Source: Heptranchias perlo (taxonomy: Eukaryota). Taken from it: DNA of 64,000 bases. The notes below the pieces were generated by a model that was not told where the DNA came from, searched no databases, and saw nothing but the letters and a program-made list of their open reading frames with translations. The translations under genes were made by a program, and so were the position numbers. This document shows, in pieces, positions 24,601 through 36,336 of the stretch. The DNA is taken from the NCBI RefSeq assembly GCF_035084215.1, contig NC_090334.1, positions 70,990,001 through 71,054,000 on the forward strand, given 5' to 3'. Position 1 is the first letter of the stretch; each line of letters opens with the position of its first letter.

Positions 24601-25384
24601 TTTCTGTATAGAAGCATTACACTTAGAGTCTTTCTCTGATGGCCTGGCTGAGACAATGGAACTCATCATTTGAGAAATCATAGATATCCTGTCCTGTCAT
24701 GCACTGCATTGGGCCATAACACATGAACTTTTAAGATCATCTGACTTCATACAAGATCGGTTGTCCTGCAAAGACATCAGTAAACCTCTTAGAGTATGAT
24801 GTGTTTTGTTTGAAAATTTAAATTCTACAATGCAAAATGCTCAATATTTATTTAGTGCAGGTGAGGGATGTTTTGTAGCTCAGATGTGTCTCTCTGAGAT
24901 TCTTTGGTTTGCTCCCAAATTGCTTCCTTTCTGACCCAGCTGGCCACTTTTTTCACTTCTATCTGCCTTCTTCCTTTACTTCATCCCTAGGATGTATATG
25001 GCTGATGTAAAAAAATAATCAGATTGTCTTAATTGACTGTTATTATAGTATGAAATGTTCAGAAATGTCAGCACTGGCTGGTACAAGCATTGGAGCTCCA
25101 ACATGCTACACCACAGAGTTCCTGATTTCGACCATGCTGCCTCGGAGGCAGTGAGATCAGAGGTGAGGCATTTTTGTAGAGAGAATCAAGGGAGGAAAAT
25201 AACAGTTGACCATATTTTGATGATCAATGATAGATATTATTAGCAAAGGCCTGGGAGCAGGTTACCTGCCCCACCTTACAGTAGGGTTGATACGTGATAT
25301 GTGGAGATCATTCCGCTAAAGAATAGATGTTTTAATATATTTGTTATTGTGATGTGGGTGACGCAGTCATCCTGAGGGCATGAA

Positions 25385-25648
25385 GAAAGAAAGGCTTGCA
25401 TTTTTATAGTGCCTTTCACAGCCTCAAGACATCCCAAATTGCTTTACAGCCAATGAAGTACCTTTGAAGTGTAGTCACTGTTGTAATGTAGCAAAGGCGG
25501 CAGCCAATTTGCGCACAGCAAGATCCCACAAACAGCAATGACATAAATGACCAGGTAATCTGCTTTTAGTGATGTTAGTTATGGGATAAATATTGGCCAG
25601 GACACTGCGTTACTAGTCCAGTGCCATAACCACTAGGCTACCGTACCC
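25385..25648 (-). mobile_element. Deu-domain SINE 3' part joined to a family B-type tRNA head
   Basis: 25385-25607 is the reverse complement of the Deu body/tail. 25610-25648 reads GGGTACGGTAGCCTAGTGGTTATGGCACTGGACTAGTAA on the minus strand, like the head at 50108. Confidence 0.7.
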
Positions 25649-26824
25649 TCATAAATAATAATAAAGAAACAAAAATATATATTGCGATGTTTTGAATTTT
25701 AATCAGGTACTTACATCCACAAAACTCGAGAGGTACTCAGCAGCCCAGTTATCTGGTTATACAGATGCCAACTCACCTGATCAACTGGAACCTAAATGTC
25801 AAACCATTACCATTTGTTGCCCAAAAGTTCGAGAAAGTTCCACCTCCTTGCCAACAGTTCTATTTTCTCCCCCTAAGGAATTAATTCTGTTTGTCTGGAA
25901 TGGGAGAAAAATCCTTTTCCAGCTCCTCTAAAATCAACATATTTCTAGGGAAACCTACCCTTTGACCCCAACCCCAAGTCCAGAATGTTCTTGGATAATT
26001 TGTAAAAATTGCCAACCATGTTTCTATAGTTGTAAATGGACAACTAGATCTTGAAACTAGAAATGTAACTTACATTTGGTGGGAAAAGGGTTAAATGCTT
26101 GAAATAGTTCTTCTGAATTTTTCAGATGGCCTCCATTTCATTGTTTGAGCAGAAAATAATTAGAGTAACTAAAGCTCGTGTTAACATTTTTAAAGCATCT
26201 CATCTGTCCCAATTAAACTGCCTTAATAGTAATCATACAGATAGAGCATATGGTAACAATTGCCTGTGATAGACTGCCTGACTTAGATTGATGTATTGAG
26301 ATGTCAGGGGGCTTGTACATATTTATGTGTGTACATGACCATGATCAATGTTGCAATAAGAGCATAAACCCATCCTGGCCAGACCAATGCCAAGTCTTAA
26401 ATGATAAACTACCAGAATCATACTCTAAAGAGGAGCAGAAGAGAATTATTGCCTTGGTAAAGCATGTTGCAAGAGCTGCAACAGGACCGCAAAAGGACCA
26501 GATGCAGAAAATAAGCAGTGAAAAATTGGAAATGGAGGGAAAAACGTCCCTGTTGTTAATTGTAAGCCAGTGAGTCATTCTGTACTTTAAATGTTCTCAC
26601 CACAATTGTGAAATAATTTGGTTCTGGATAGCTGATTTGGAATTTTCTATCCGTGAAGAACATCTATTAGTCATCATTGGATAACAAAGAATTGCATCAT
26701 ACTGGTTGTAAGTCGGTCCATTATGAGACCATTCCAAACATTGCTTTTATTGCTGTCAGATAATGTACCCTGATTGTATTAATTCCTATCCATGAAACAT
26801 TGTTCGATGAACTTGCAGTGATCA

Positions 26825-27130
26825 CAACAACAACAACAACTTGCATTTATATAGTGCCTTTAACGTAGTAAAACGTCCCAAGGCACTTCACAGGAGCGAT
26901 TAGCAAACATAATTTGACACTGAGCCATATAAGAAGATATTAGCACAGGTGACCAAAAGCTTGGTTAAAGAGGTAGGTTTTAAGGAGCGTCTTAAAGGAG
27001 GAGAGCAAGGTACAGAGGAGGAGAGGTTTAGGGAGGGAATTCCAGAGCGTAGGGCCTAGGCAGCTGAAGACACGGCTGCCAATAGTGGACCGAGGAAAAT
27101 CGAGGATGCGCAAGAGGGCAGAATTGGGCA
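26825..27130 (-). mobile_element. L2-type LINE 3' end
   Basis: GSRVFSCLGPTLWNSLPKPL...SFKTLLKTYLFNQAF; tail CTATATAAATGCAAG(TTG)n. Confidence 0.85.
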
Positions 27131-27642
27131 ATCATTAACACTTCAGTGCAGAAGCATTAATTGAATGGACCACACTGTCATTGGTGGTCACCATTACATC
27201 TGCCATCAAAAAAAAGTAAATAGATCCATAACACAATAAAACTGCATCCATGAAATCCACCATCCATGCATTTATGTACCATATTAAAAATCTTTCTTCT
27301 GTGCTCACTTCCATTATAAATTCTCATATCCATCTTTATAATAGAAACTGCCTATGTAAACTTGTCATGCTTTAATTATGCTCTCCCATCAGTGGTGGGA
27401 CTGTAGCATCACAGTTTTAATTCTCCCAGCTCCTCAACCTATACTGCATAGAAACTCCTATGCCCCAACCAATGCTCCACGATGGGCCAAATGGCCTCCT
27501 TTTGTGCCATAACTTTCTATGATTCTGTTTCCCCCAGTTGACGAAAATGTTGCTATTTAAATACAATTAACATCAAATCAAAGCATTATATAAAAATAAG
27601 GACAGAACCGATGACTTTAAAATGGAGACATTTATATCTATG

Positions 27643-27805
27643 GGGGCCATTTTCACTTTTGGTGGGTGCAGAAAACTGGCGGTAGCTGATTGGCTGCTCG
27701 TTATACATTGAAGGCAATGGAATGGAAAATCTGACGGGGGTGGGGGGGGGGGTACAACGGACGGCTGATCCGTCCCCCACCCCCCCAAAGTGAAAATCAG
27801 CTCCC
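27643..27805. mobile_element. Small MITE, probably Harbinger/Tourist-like
   Basis: TIR GGGGCCATTTTCACTTTTGGTGGGTG versus right-end reverse complement GGGAGCTGATTTTCACTTTGGGGGG. ATG flanks both sides (possible 3-bp TSD). Confidence 0.6.
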
Positions 27806-28030
27806 ATGTGTCCTGGTCCAATTATCTCCTGTCCTGTAACCTTGCTTCACCTGAAGGCTATATTTGCTCTTGACTTGCCATGTGCAACAGGAATGGGAGT
27901 TAAACCAGTATGATTAAAAATAGTACTACACTGGATTTATTTCAATGTTGTAATCTGCTCCCTTGGTTCAGGAGGCAAAAACAAGTTGAATCTGATGACA
28001 GCTCGGTCATCCATTACAAACTTATATAAT

Positions 28031-28780
28031 GGCCCAGAAATTGCTGGAGCGGGGCATCTCGCGGCGAGCGCCATGAAATGGATTTTTTACCTCACCCATT
28101 AGATTTTATTATTGTTGCGTCGCAAATTGCTGGAAGTGTGATCTGATAACAGCGTGGTGACGTCAATGGGGAATCTGGGACCTCATGAACATCGGGTCCA
28201 ATGGCCTACCTCCTTTACCAATTACATTTAAGAATGGAGAAAGAAACAGAGTGAATGACAGAGATGGAAATAGGGTGAATTAGAGTCAAATTAGAAAGAG
28301 AAATAAAGAGAGGGAAAGAGATTGGATTATGAGAGAGAAAAAAAAGAGACAGAAAGGAAAAATAAGAAAAAAATAAAAAATGTAAAAACCTCTTGGAACA
28401 ATTTACTACCTGCTGGAGTGAGACTCCACAGTTTCATTGTTCCCTTTCTCATCCTCTAAGGCTGAGTGGCATGTCCAGACCATAAATCACATCATTAATA
28501 GGGTCCTTATGACATGAATTACCAGCCCTAAATGGCAGCAGCGAGATTAATTCATATTAATGGCGCAAATCCAGCAATTTCATGACACACAATGGGAAGG
28601 CTCACAGCGAGATGGTCATTTTTTCGGATTTGTCAAGACTAATGGCAAATCGTCCAGCAATTTGTGATGAATTGGAACTCATGGCATATTTCTTCCTCGC
28701 TGCAAGTTGCTGGGTTTTTTACGTACTAATAATGGTGTGTGGTGAGAACTCGCTGTTATTTTTCTAGCAATTTCTGCGCC
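28031..28780. mobile_element. Non-autonomous TIR DNA transposon (Harbinger-like)
   Basis: TIR GGCCCAGAAATTGCTGGA versus right-end reverse complement GGCGCAGAAATTGCTAGA. Internal AAATTGCTGG/CCAGCAATTT repeats and a purine-rich core. Confidence 0.7.
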
Positions 28781-28926
28781 ATTATAAACAAGTACTGAAA
28801 AACAGGAGAGAATGGATTTGCTAAGCCTGTGCTGAAATATCTCCCTTCCTGGAAGTAAAAGTTTGTTATTCACAATGGTGCTGCTCTCTGATGTGCCCTT
28901 GGAGTAGGAATGCAATGTGCTGACAT

Positions 28927-29420
28927 TTTTTTTTATTCGTTCATGGGATGTGGGCGTCGCTAGCAGGGCCGGCATTTATTGCCCATCCCTAATTGCCCTT
29001 GAGAAGGTGGTGGTGAGCCGCCTTCTTGAACCGCTGCAGTCTGTGTGGTGACGGTTCTCCCACAGTGCTGTTAGGAAGGGAGTTCCAGGATTTTGACCCA
29101 GCGACGATGAAGGAACGGTGATATATTTCCAAGTCGGGATGGTGTGTGACTTGGAGGGGAACGTGCAGGTGGTGTTGTTCCCATGTGCCTGCTGCTTTTG
29201 TCCTTCTAGGTAGTAGAGGTCGCGGGTTTGGGAGGTGCTGTCGAGGAAGCTTTGGCGAGTTGCTGCAGTGCATCCTGTGGATGGTACACACTGCAGCCAC
29301 AGTGCGCCGGTGGTGAAGGGAGTGAATGTTTAGGGTGGTGGATGGAGTGCTAATCAAGCGGGCTGCTTTATCTTGGATGGTGTTGAGCTTCTTGAGTGTT
29401 GTTGGAGCTGCACTCATCCA
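28927..29420 (-). mobile_element. LINE family B 3' end
   Basis: MSAAPTTLKKL...HHHLLKGN, the conserved tail and an A-tract. Confidence 0.9.
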
Positions 29421-30007
29421 TATGTGTATAAAAAAACATTGTATGTCTAATGCGAGGCTGCAATGAAGCTTTTATTTTGTAGAGATTGCATTTCTTGGTT
29501 ATAATCTAAATAATGTTCATTTTTAGTTATGTATTTATGATCAAGGTAAGGAACGTCGGTGCTAGGAAATGGTTGTCTACTTTGCATGTCTGGTGTCAGC
29601 ATCTAACATTTCCAGGTCAGGCATTACCTAGATTTGATGCAGGGTAAAGCTGTTTCTCCACTACCTCAATAATGTACCTGAATGCAGCTTCAAAACAGTC
29701 TATACCACACCAGTATGACATTTTCTTTTCCCATAACTATCATCCTTGTAACCAGCCTAAGTTACAGCGTGCTGAGCTGTTAGTAGTTTTGTGCTGTGGA
29801 CCCATGCCCACTTGGACATTTCACAAAGAACCCTTACACAAGACAAAGAAGACTTTCCACCCACCCATCTGTCTGGGCTGGGCTGTAACGCCAGTCGGAG
29901 AGGTTGAAGGATAATGTTCTTACCCGCTGCGGTATCCAACTTAAATGACGTTCTTAGGTTACAAAATTGCTTGTGGTTGGATCCTAACCCAGATGGAATC
30001 ACTTGTT

Positions 30008-30078
30008 TTCAATTGATTAACCCAGCCTGTCTGTCTTCAATTGATTAACTCAACCTGTCTGTCTTCAATTGATTGACT
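30008..30078. repeat. 28-bp tandem repeat, ~2.5 copies
   Basis: Unit TTCAATTGATTAAC(C/T)CA(G/A)CCTGTCTGTC. Confidence 0.8.
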
Positions 30079-30702
30079 TATCTTGACAACTTAAAGTCTG
30101 TGACTAAAGAATAACATGGTGGTAGCATGCGAGAAAACAGTCAGAGGGAAACTGGACTGTCAATATACAGTGAATATTTTTTCTAACTAAATCAGTATGT
30201 ACATCACCCTATAATCAGAATAAATTGTAAAAATAAAATTATGAATATCCCTATTGAGAAGGCTTAAAATTCTAAAGTAATTGGACAATCTGAATTCCTG
30301 CCATCAGATATAAATTGTATTTAATCTCTAGCGGAGTGTGTTTGCCAATAAATCATGTCTTGTGGACAACAAAACTATATGTTATTGGATCTCATGATGG
30401 TCCCTTTAAAAAACCCAAATCAAATCAGTAAGAGGTTTCTTTTGTCAGCTTGCATCAGAACATCAGACCTATGACTGGCAGTTGCTGAGTGAGTCTTCTG
30501 TCATCTTATCCTGCTTAGGTTCTGATTGACATTTGGGCATCTGTTTCCTGTCCTCATTCTGGTCTGCTTATTGGCAGCAAGTTTACCAGCTTCAAAGGGG
30601 AATCATTCTGCAGGTAATGAAAGTTTGCGTAATTGTACGACCTGTTGTTCTTACTGAAGGAAGAAGCAGAGAAGCTGTAGTGTGTAGTTAAATTATACCA
30701 GT

Positions 30703-32117
30703 TGTAAGAATGGACAGGTCAAGGAAGATTCGAGCAAGAGCCCATGATAATATGGTTTACTTATAATTTTAATAACGCTACCTGGCAAAGAAACAGTTAA
30801 AACTAAAAGTGCTGAAATAACCTGTGTAGTCACTGTAATCCTAGGTAATGTCTTTAAAAGAATTTAGTAAGAATGTTTTGTTGAGATAAGCTGCTCATGA
30901 TTGACCACCCTCATCTTAATCACTGCAGCTCTGGACAATAACTGTCTCTTAAAGAAATTAGCCTGTTGAGATAAGCCGCTCGTGGCTGATTGGCCTCGTC
31001 TCCTTCCAGACTAAACTCATCTAGCTGAGAATAACCGATCAACCTTATCTTCCCTAACCTCGTTATGTTGGAAAAACGTCACATTTGGAGGCTCCAGGAG
31101 CAAGGGTCGGGCTGGTACCGATTACAAAACCAATATAAGTATAGGTGATTGTAAGAGGTCAGTAGAAGAGGAAGAAGCTACAAAGGAGAGATCAGAGTAC
31201 ATTCTAAATTGTGAAAAGCTTGAAACTGTAGAGGTCCAAAGAGACTTAGGGGTCCGTGTACATAGATCATTAAAATGTCACGGACAGGTACAGAAAATAA
31301 TCAAAAAGGCTAATGGAATGCTGGCCTTTATATCTAGAGGACTGGAATACAAGGGGGTAGAAGTTATGCTACAGCTATACAAAGCCCTGGTTAGACCACA
31401 CCTGGAGTATTATGTTCAGTTCTGAGCACTGCACCTTAGGAAGGATATATTGGGCTTGGAGGGAGTGCAGCGTAGATTTACCAGAATGATACCTGGACTC
31501 CAAGGGTTAAATTACGAGAAGCGATTACACAAACTAGGGTTGTATTTCGTGGAATTTAGAAGATTAAGGGGTGATTTGATCAAAGTTATCAAGATATTAA
31601 GGGGAACTGATAGAGAGAAACTATTTCCGTTGGTTGGGGAGTCTAGGACTAGGGGACATAGCCTAAAAATTAGAGCCAGGACTTTCAGGAGTGAAGTTAG
31701 GAAACACGTCCACACGCAAAGGATGGTAGAAGTTTGGAACTCTCTTCTGCAAACAGCAGTTGATGCTAGCTCAATTGTTAATTTTAAATCTGAGATTAAT
31801 AGATTTTTGTTAACCGAAGGTATTAAGGGATATGGGGCTAAGGTGGGTATATGAAGGTAAGTCACAGATCAGCCATGATCTCATTGAATGGCAGAACAGG
31901 CTCGAGGGGCTAAATGTCCTACTCCTGTTCCTATGTTCCAAAGAAGAAGGAAACCCGAGCAGGTCGAGCATCACAATTCAGAAGAGAATGAAATAATTTT
32001 ATTCTGTTCTTATAACTATGGCTTGAGCGTTGTAATTGTTTTACTTTGTGCTTAGTTTGATCACCTCAATAAAGAAGTCTTCGCCACACACAAGGTGTCA
32101 GGGTCGGATTTATTACA
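30703..32117 (+). mobile_element. Solo LTR (~660 bp after removing the nested CR1), ERV- or Gypsy-type
   Basis: TGTAA...TTACA termini; 4-bp TSD CAGT (30699-30702 and 32118-32121); TATAAG at 31134; AATAAA at 32068-32073; duplicated TGTTGAGATAAGC motif in U3. Confidence 0.7.
31186..31938 (+). mobile_element. 5'-truncated CR1 (same family as the host CR1 at 8160-17497) nested in the LTR
   Basis: Closely matches 15575-16198 plus 17349-17490. CAAAG is duplicated at 31181-31185 and 31939-31943. Confidence 0.9.
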
Positions 32118-32204
32118 CAGTGCTAACTTTGTTCCCCCGCTGGTGGAGGCTAGTTCCTGACTGGCCAATGAGCTCTGTGAGCATGGTCCACTGTACTGCT
32201 TTAA

Positions 32205-32440
32205 GAAAAAAAAGACTTGCATTTATAGAGCGCCTTTCACGACCTCAGCATCTCCCAAAGCGCTTTGCAGCCAACAAAGTACTTTTGAAATGCAGTCACT
32301 GTTAAACTGTAGGAAACGCGGCAGCCAATTTGCGCACAGCAAGGTCTCACAAACAGCAATATGATAATGACCTGATAATCTGTTTTTTATTGAGGTTGGT
32401 TGAAGGATAAATATCGGCCAGGACACCAGGGAGAACTCCC
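32205..32440 (-). mobile_element. Deu-domain SINE 3' part
   Basis: Reverse complement of the Deu body with the GGCGCTCTATAAATGCAAGTC tail. Confidence 0.75.
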
Positions 32441-32832
32441 CACATTCCACCTGTACTTTGGGTGGATGGGAAATAATGTTGCAGTAGTATTCTCTTTCTG
32501 GGCAGTGAATTTTTGTGATCAAGATGAAGAATATTAATGGTGGGGAATGAGGTTTCCGAATCCTTTCCTGATGTACGTTCTGATTGTTTTTTTGCTGAGT
32601 ATGTCAAAGCTAATGTGACAAGTGAATCTTTGCATTTCCAATTTTCTATCGCTTGTTTTCTTTGTAACATGCAGTTGGGAACATTGAATCCCTTTTATTT
32701 AATCCTCTCCTGGAATTTAGCTTCGGGCCGCTGATGACTGGTTAAGCAGCACGGTATTCATTTTTTTAATAAATGGGTGGGCTGCCTGTGATGGTGCCTC
32801 AGGTGTCAGCAGATTCACCCAAATAATATTTC

Positions 32833-32985
32833 GGTTGGGGTTGTGCACTCCGTGTGAGGTTGGGGTTGTGCACTCCGTGTGAGGTTGGGGTTGTGCACTC
32901 CGTGTGAGGTTGGGGTTGTGCACTCCGTGTGAGGTTGGGGTTGTGCACTCCGTGTGAGGTTGGGGTTGTGCACTCCTTGTGAGGT
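32833..32985. repeat. 25-bp minisatellite, 6 copies
   Basis: Five exact copies of GGTTGGGGTTGTGCACTCCGTGTGA plus one copy with a single substitution. Confidence 0.95.
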
Positions 32986-33611
32986 GCTCATCTCAGGCCT
33001 GAAAACCATCTGAAAGGAATTTCCACCCCACTGTGTCTACGCTTGATCCCTCTATCCTTGAGGATTTCCCCGAATATGTCCGTGCGGTTGCCACATGCAC
33101 CACAGTGCAAGTACAATTTTGAAAATCCTTCACTCGTTACTCCTGAGAAGTCAAAGTCAAACTGCTGCACATTGTCTGAAAACCCTTGCAGGGTGTTTAG
33201 CCCTGTCTTAAAAGATGCCATGAAGGTCTTTGGGTCATTGATTAATTCCTTTCTGAAGGCAGGCCCAGTGGGGTACCAATCCTTTGGCCATCCAGTAGAT
33301 ATTATGTCTCAGGCAAAAAGTCTAGGCAGCTGCTTGCTGTTTCTCAGCCACCATCTCCACTTGTTCTTTTTCACTTTTGACTCATGCTTCAATCAGTGCT
33401 CCCTAATCACATTTACTATCTACAAGGCCCAGAGTGTTTGGATGGTGCTCTGGTCCAGGCTCTCACCAGTTGATGCTGCCTCATTTAGGGAAGAGCCAAA
33501 ATGAGAAAAGATGTGTGACTATGGTATGCCTCGTAACAGAGATAAGATACCAATATACTGTCCGACGAGCTACTATTGTGCAATGTATACCTCCGTGTTA
33601 CTTTTAAAAAA

Positions 33612-34467
33612 TTATTCATTCATGGGATGTGGGCGTCGCTGGCAAGGCCGGCATTTATTGCCCATCACTAATTGCCCTTGAGAAGGTGATGGTGAGCCAC
33701 CTTCTTGAACCGCTGCAGTCCGTGTGGTGACGGTTCTCCCACAGTGCTGTTAGGAAGGGAGTTCCAGGATTTTGACCCAGCGATGATGAAGGAACGGTGA
33801 TATATTTCCAAGTCGGGATGGTGTGTGACTTGGAGGGGAACGTGCAGGTGGTGTTGTTCCCATGTGCCTGCTGCTCTTGTCCTTCTAGGTGGTAGAGGTC
33901 GTGGGTTTGGGAGGAGCTGTCGAAGAAGCCTTGGCGAGTTGCTGCAGTGCATCCTGTGGACGGTACACACTGCAGCCACTGTGCGCCGGTGGTGAAGGGA
34001 GTGAATGTTTAGGGTGGTGGATGGGGTGCCAATCAAGCGGGCTGCTTTGTCCTGGATGGTGTCGAGCTTCTTGAGTGTTGTTGGAGCTGCACTCATCCAG
34101 GTGAGTGGAGAGTATTCCATCACACTCCTGACTTGTGCCTTGTAGATGGTGGAAAGGCTTTGGGGAGTCAGGAGGTGAGTCACTTGCCGCAGAATACCCA
34201 GCCTCTGACCTGCTCTTGTAGCCACAGTATTTATGTGGCTGGTCCAGTTAAGTTTCTGGTCAATGGTGACCCCCAGGATGTTGATGGTGGGGGATTCGGC
34301 GATGGTAATGCCGTTGAATGTCAAGGGGAGGTGGTTAGACTCTCTCTCGTTGGAGATGGTCATTGCCTGGCACTTATCTGGCACGAATGTTACTTGCCAC
34401 TTATGAGCCCAAGCCTGGATGTTGTCCAGGTCTTGCTGCATCATTATCTGAGGGGTTGCGAATGGAG
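33612..34467 (-). mobile_element. 5'-truncated LINE family B
   Basis: MQQDLDNIQAWAHKWQVTF...RSVMEYSPL...HHLLKGN plus tail. Confidence 0.9.
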
Positions 34468-34832
34468 TATGCATGGCTCCAAGCAAAAAGTTGAAGTGTT
34501 CCCCGACTGGGAGGGAACCCTCCTGTCTGGCGATTGTTGCGCGGTGTCCGTTCATCCGTTGTCGCAGTGTCTGCATGGTCTCGCCAATGTACCATGCTCC
34601 GGGGCATCCTTTCCTGCAACGTATGAGGTAGACAACGTTGGCCGAGTCACAGGAGTATGAACCATGTACCTGGTGGGTGGTGTCCTCTTGTGTGATGGTA
34701 GTATCTGTGTCGATGATCTGGCATGTCTTGCAGAGATTGCCGTTGCAGGGTTGTGTGGTGTCGTGGACGCTGTTCTCCTGAAAGCTGGGTAATTTGCTGC
34801 AAACGATGGTCTGTTTGAGGTTGTCTTCACCT

Positions 34833-36065
34833 GTCTTCACCTTCGACAACCAGTTCTTTACCCAAACACACGGAACAGCCATGGAGACCTAATTCGCACC
34901 CCAATACGCCAACATTTTCATGCATAAATTCGAGCACGACTTCTTCACTGCACAGGACCTCCAACCAACGCTATACACTAGATACATCGACGACATTTTC
35001 TTCCTATGGACCCACGGCGAAGAATCACTGAAGAGACTACATAATAACATCAACAAGTTCCATCCCACCATCAAGCTCACCATGGACTACTCATCAGAAT
35101 CGGTTTCTTTCTTGGACACACGAATCTCCATCAAAGACGGGCACCTCAGCACCTCACTCTACCGCAAGCCCACGGACAACCTCACGATGCTCCACTTTTC
35201 CAGCTTCCACCCTAACCACGTCAAAGAGGCCATCTCCTATGGACAGGCCCTGCAAATACACAGGATCTGCTCAGACGAGGAGGAACGCGATGGACACCTA
35301 CAGACGCTGAAAGACGCCCTCGTAAGAATGGGAGATGACGCTCGACTCGTCGATCGACAGTTCTGACGGGCCACAGCGAAAAATTGCATAGACCTCCTCA
35401 GAAGACAAACACGGGACGCAACCAACAGAGTACTCTTCGTCGTCCAGTACTTCCCCGGAGCAGAGAAACTGCGCCATGTTCTCCGCAGCCTTCAACATGT
35501 CATCGATGACGACGAACACCTCGCTAAGGCCATCCCCACACCTCCACTACTCGCCTTCAAACAGCCACCCAACCTCAAACAGACCATCGTTCGCAGCAAA
35601 TTACCCAGCTTTCAGGAGAACAGCGTCCACAACACCACACAACCCTGCCACGGCAACCTCTGCAAGACATGCCAGATCATCGACACAGATACCACCATCA
35701 CACGAGAAGACACCACCCACCAGGTACATGGTTCATACTCCTGTGACTCGGCCAACGTTGTCTACCGCATACGTTGCAGGAAAGGATGCCCCGGAGCATG
35801 GTACATTGGCGAGACCATGCAGACACTGCGACAACGGATGAACGGACACCGCGCAACAATCGCCAGACAGGAGGGTTCCCTCCCAGTCGGGGAACACTTC
35901 AGCAGTCAAGGACATTCAGCCACTGATCTTCGGGTAAGCGTTCTCCAAGGCGGCCTTCGAGACACAAGACAACGCAAAATCGTCGAGCAGAAATTGATAG
36001 CCAAGTTCCGCACCCATGAGGACGGCCTCAACCGGGATCTTGGGTTCATGTCGCGCTACACGTAA
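34833..36065 (+). pseudogene. Penelope RT core/thumb plus GIY-YIG endonuclease, with in-frame stops
   Basis: FTFDNQFFTQTHGTAM...YTRYIDDIF...SFLDT...LYRKPT...HFSSFHP...CHGNLCKTC...VVYRIRC...WYIGET. Stops near 34890 and at 35364-35366. Confidence 0.9.
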
Positions 36066-36336
36066 CCCCACCAGCGAAAAAAAAGTGATCTGTTTTTAAT
36101 ACAACTGGTCATCCTCTCTCTTTCTCTTCCTTTCGGATGTTTCTCTCTCGCTCTCCCTCTCTGTCTTTGGTTCTGGCCGTTTGTATATTCAGTTGTCTGG
36201 TATCTAAGGTTTCTCTGTCTGAACACTATTCAATTCATTTGATGGCCTTGATAACGGGCAGTTGGAAAGATTATCTGTAATCACCAGGCATTGTTCTATG
36301 ACTATACATGCGGTAATTTTCAATGAATCTCGACAC

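Noticed and set aside
26301-26573. 90-aa ORF with a helical-looking segment (YSKEEQKRIIALVKHVARAA)
   Set aside because: No recognisable domain and no clear splice or promoter support; compatible with chance.
32833-32985. Regular 25-bp repeats as a CRISPR array
   Set aside because: Units are head-to-tail with no unique spacers, there are no cas genes, and the context is eukaryotic.
33043-33504. 153-aa + strand ORF as a gene
   Set aside because: Non-ATG start and no recognisable motifs; the opposite strand looks more protein-like.
34133-34660. 175-aa ORF and similar recurring ORFs (38646, 47401, 48465, 49042, 59005)
   Set aside because: Antisense or off-frame readings of LINE B and Penelope coding sequence.
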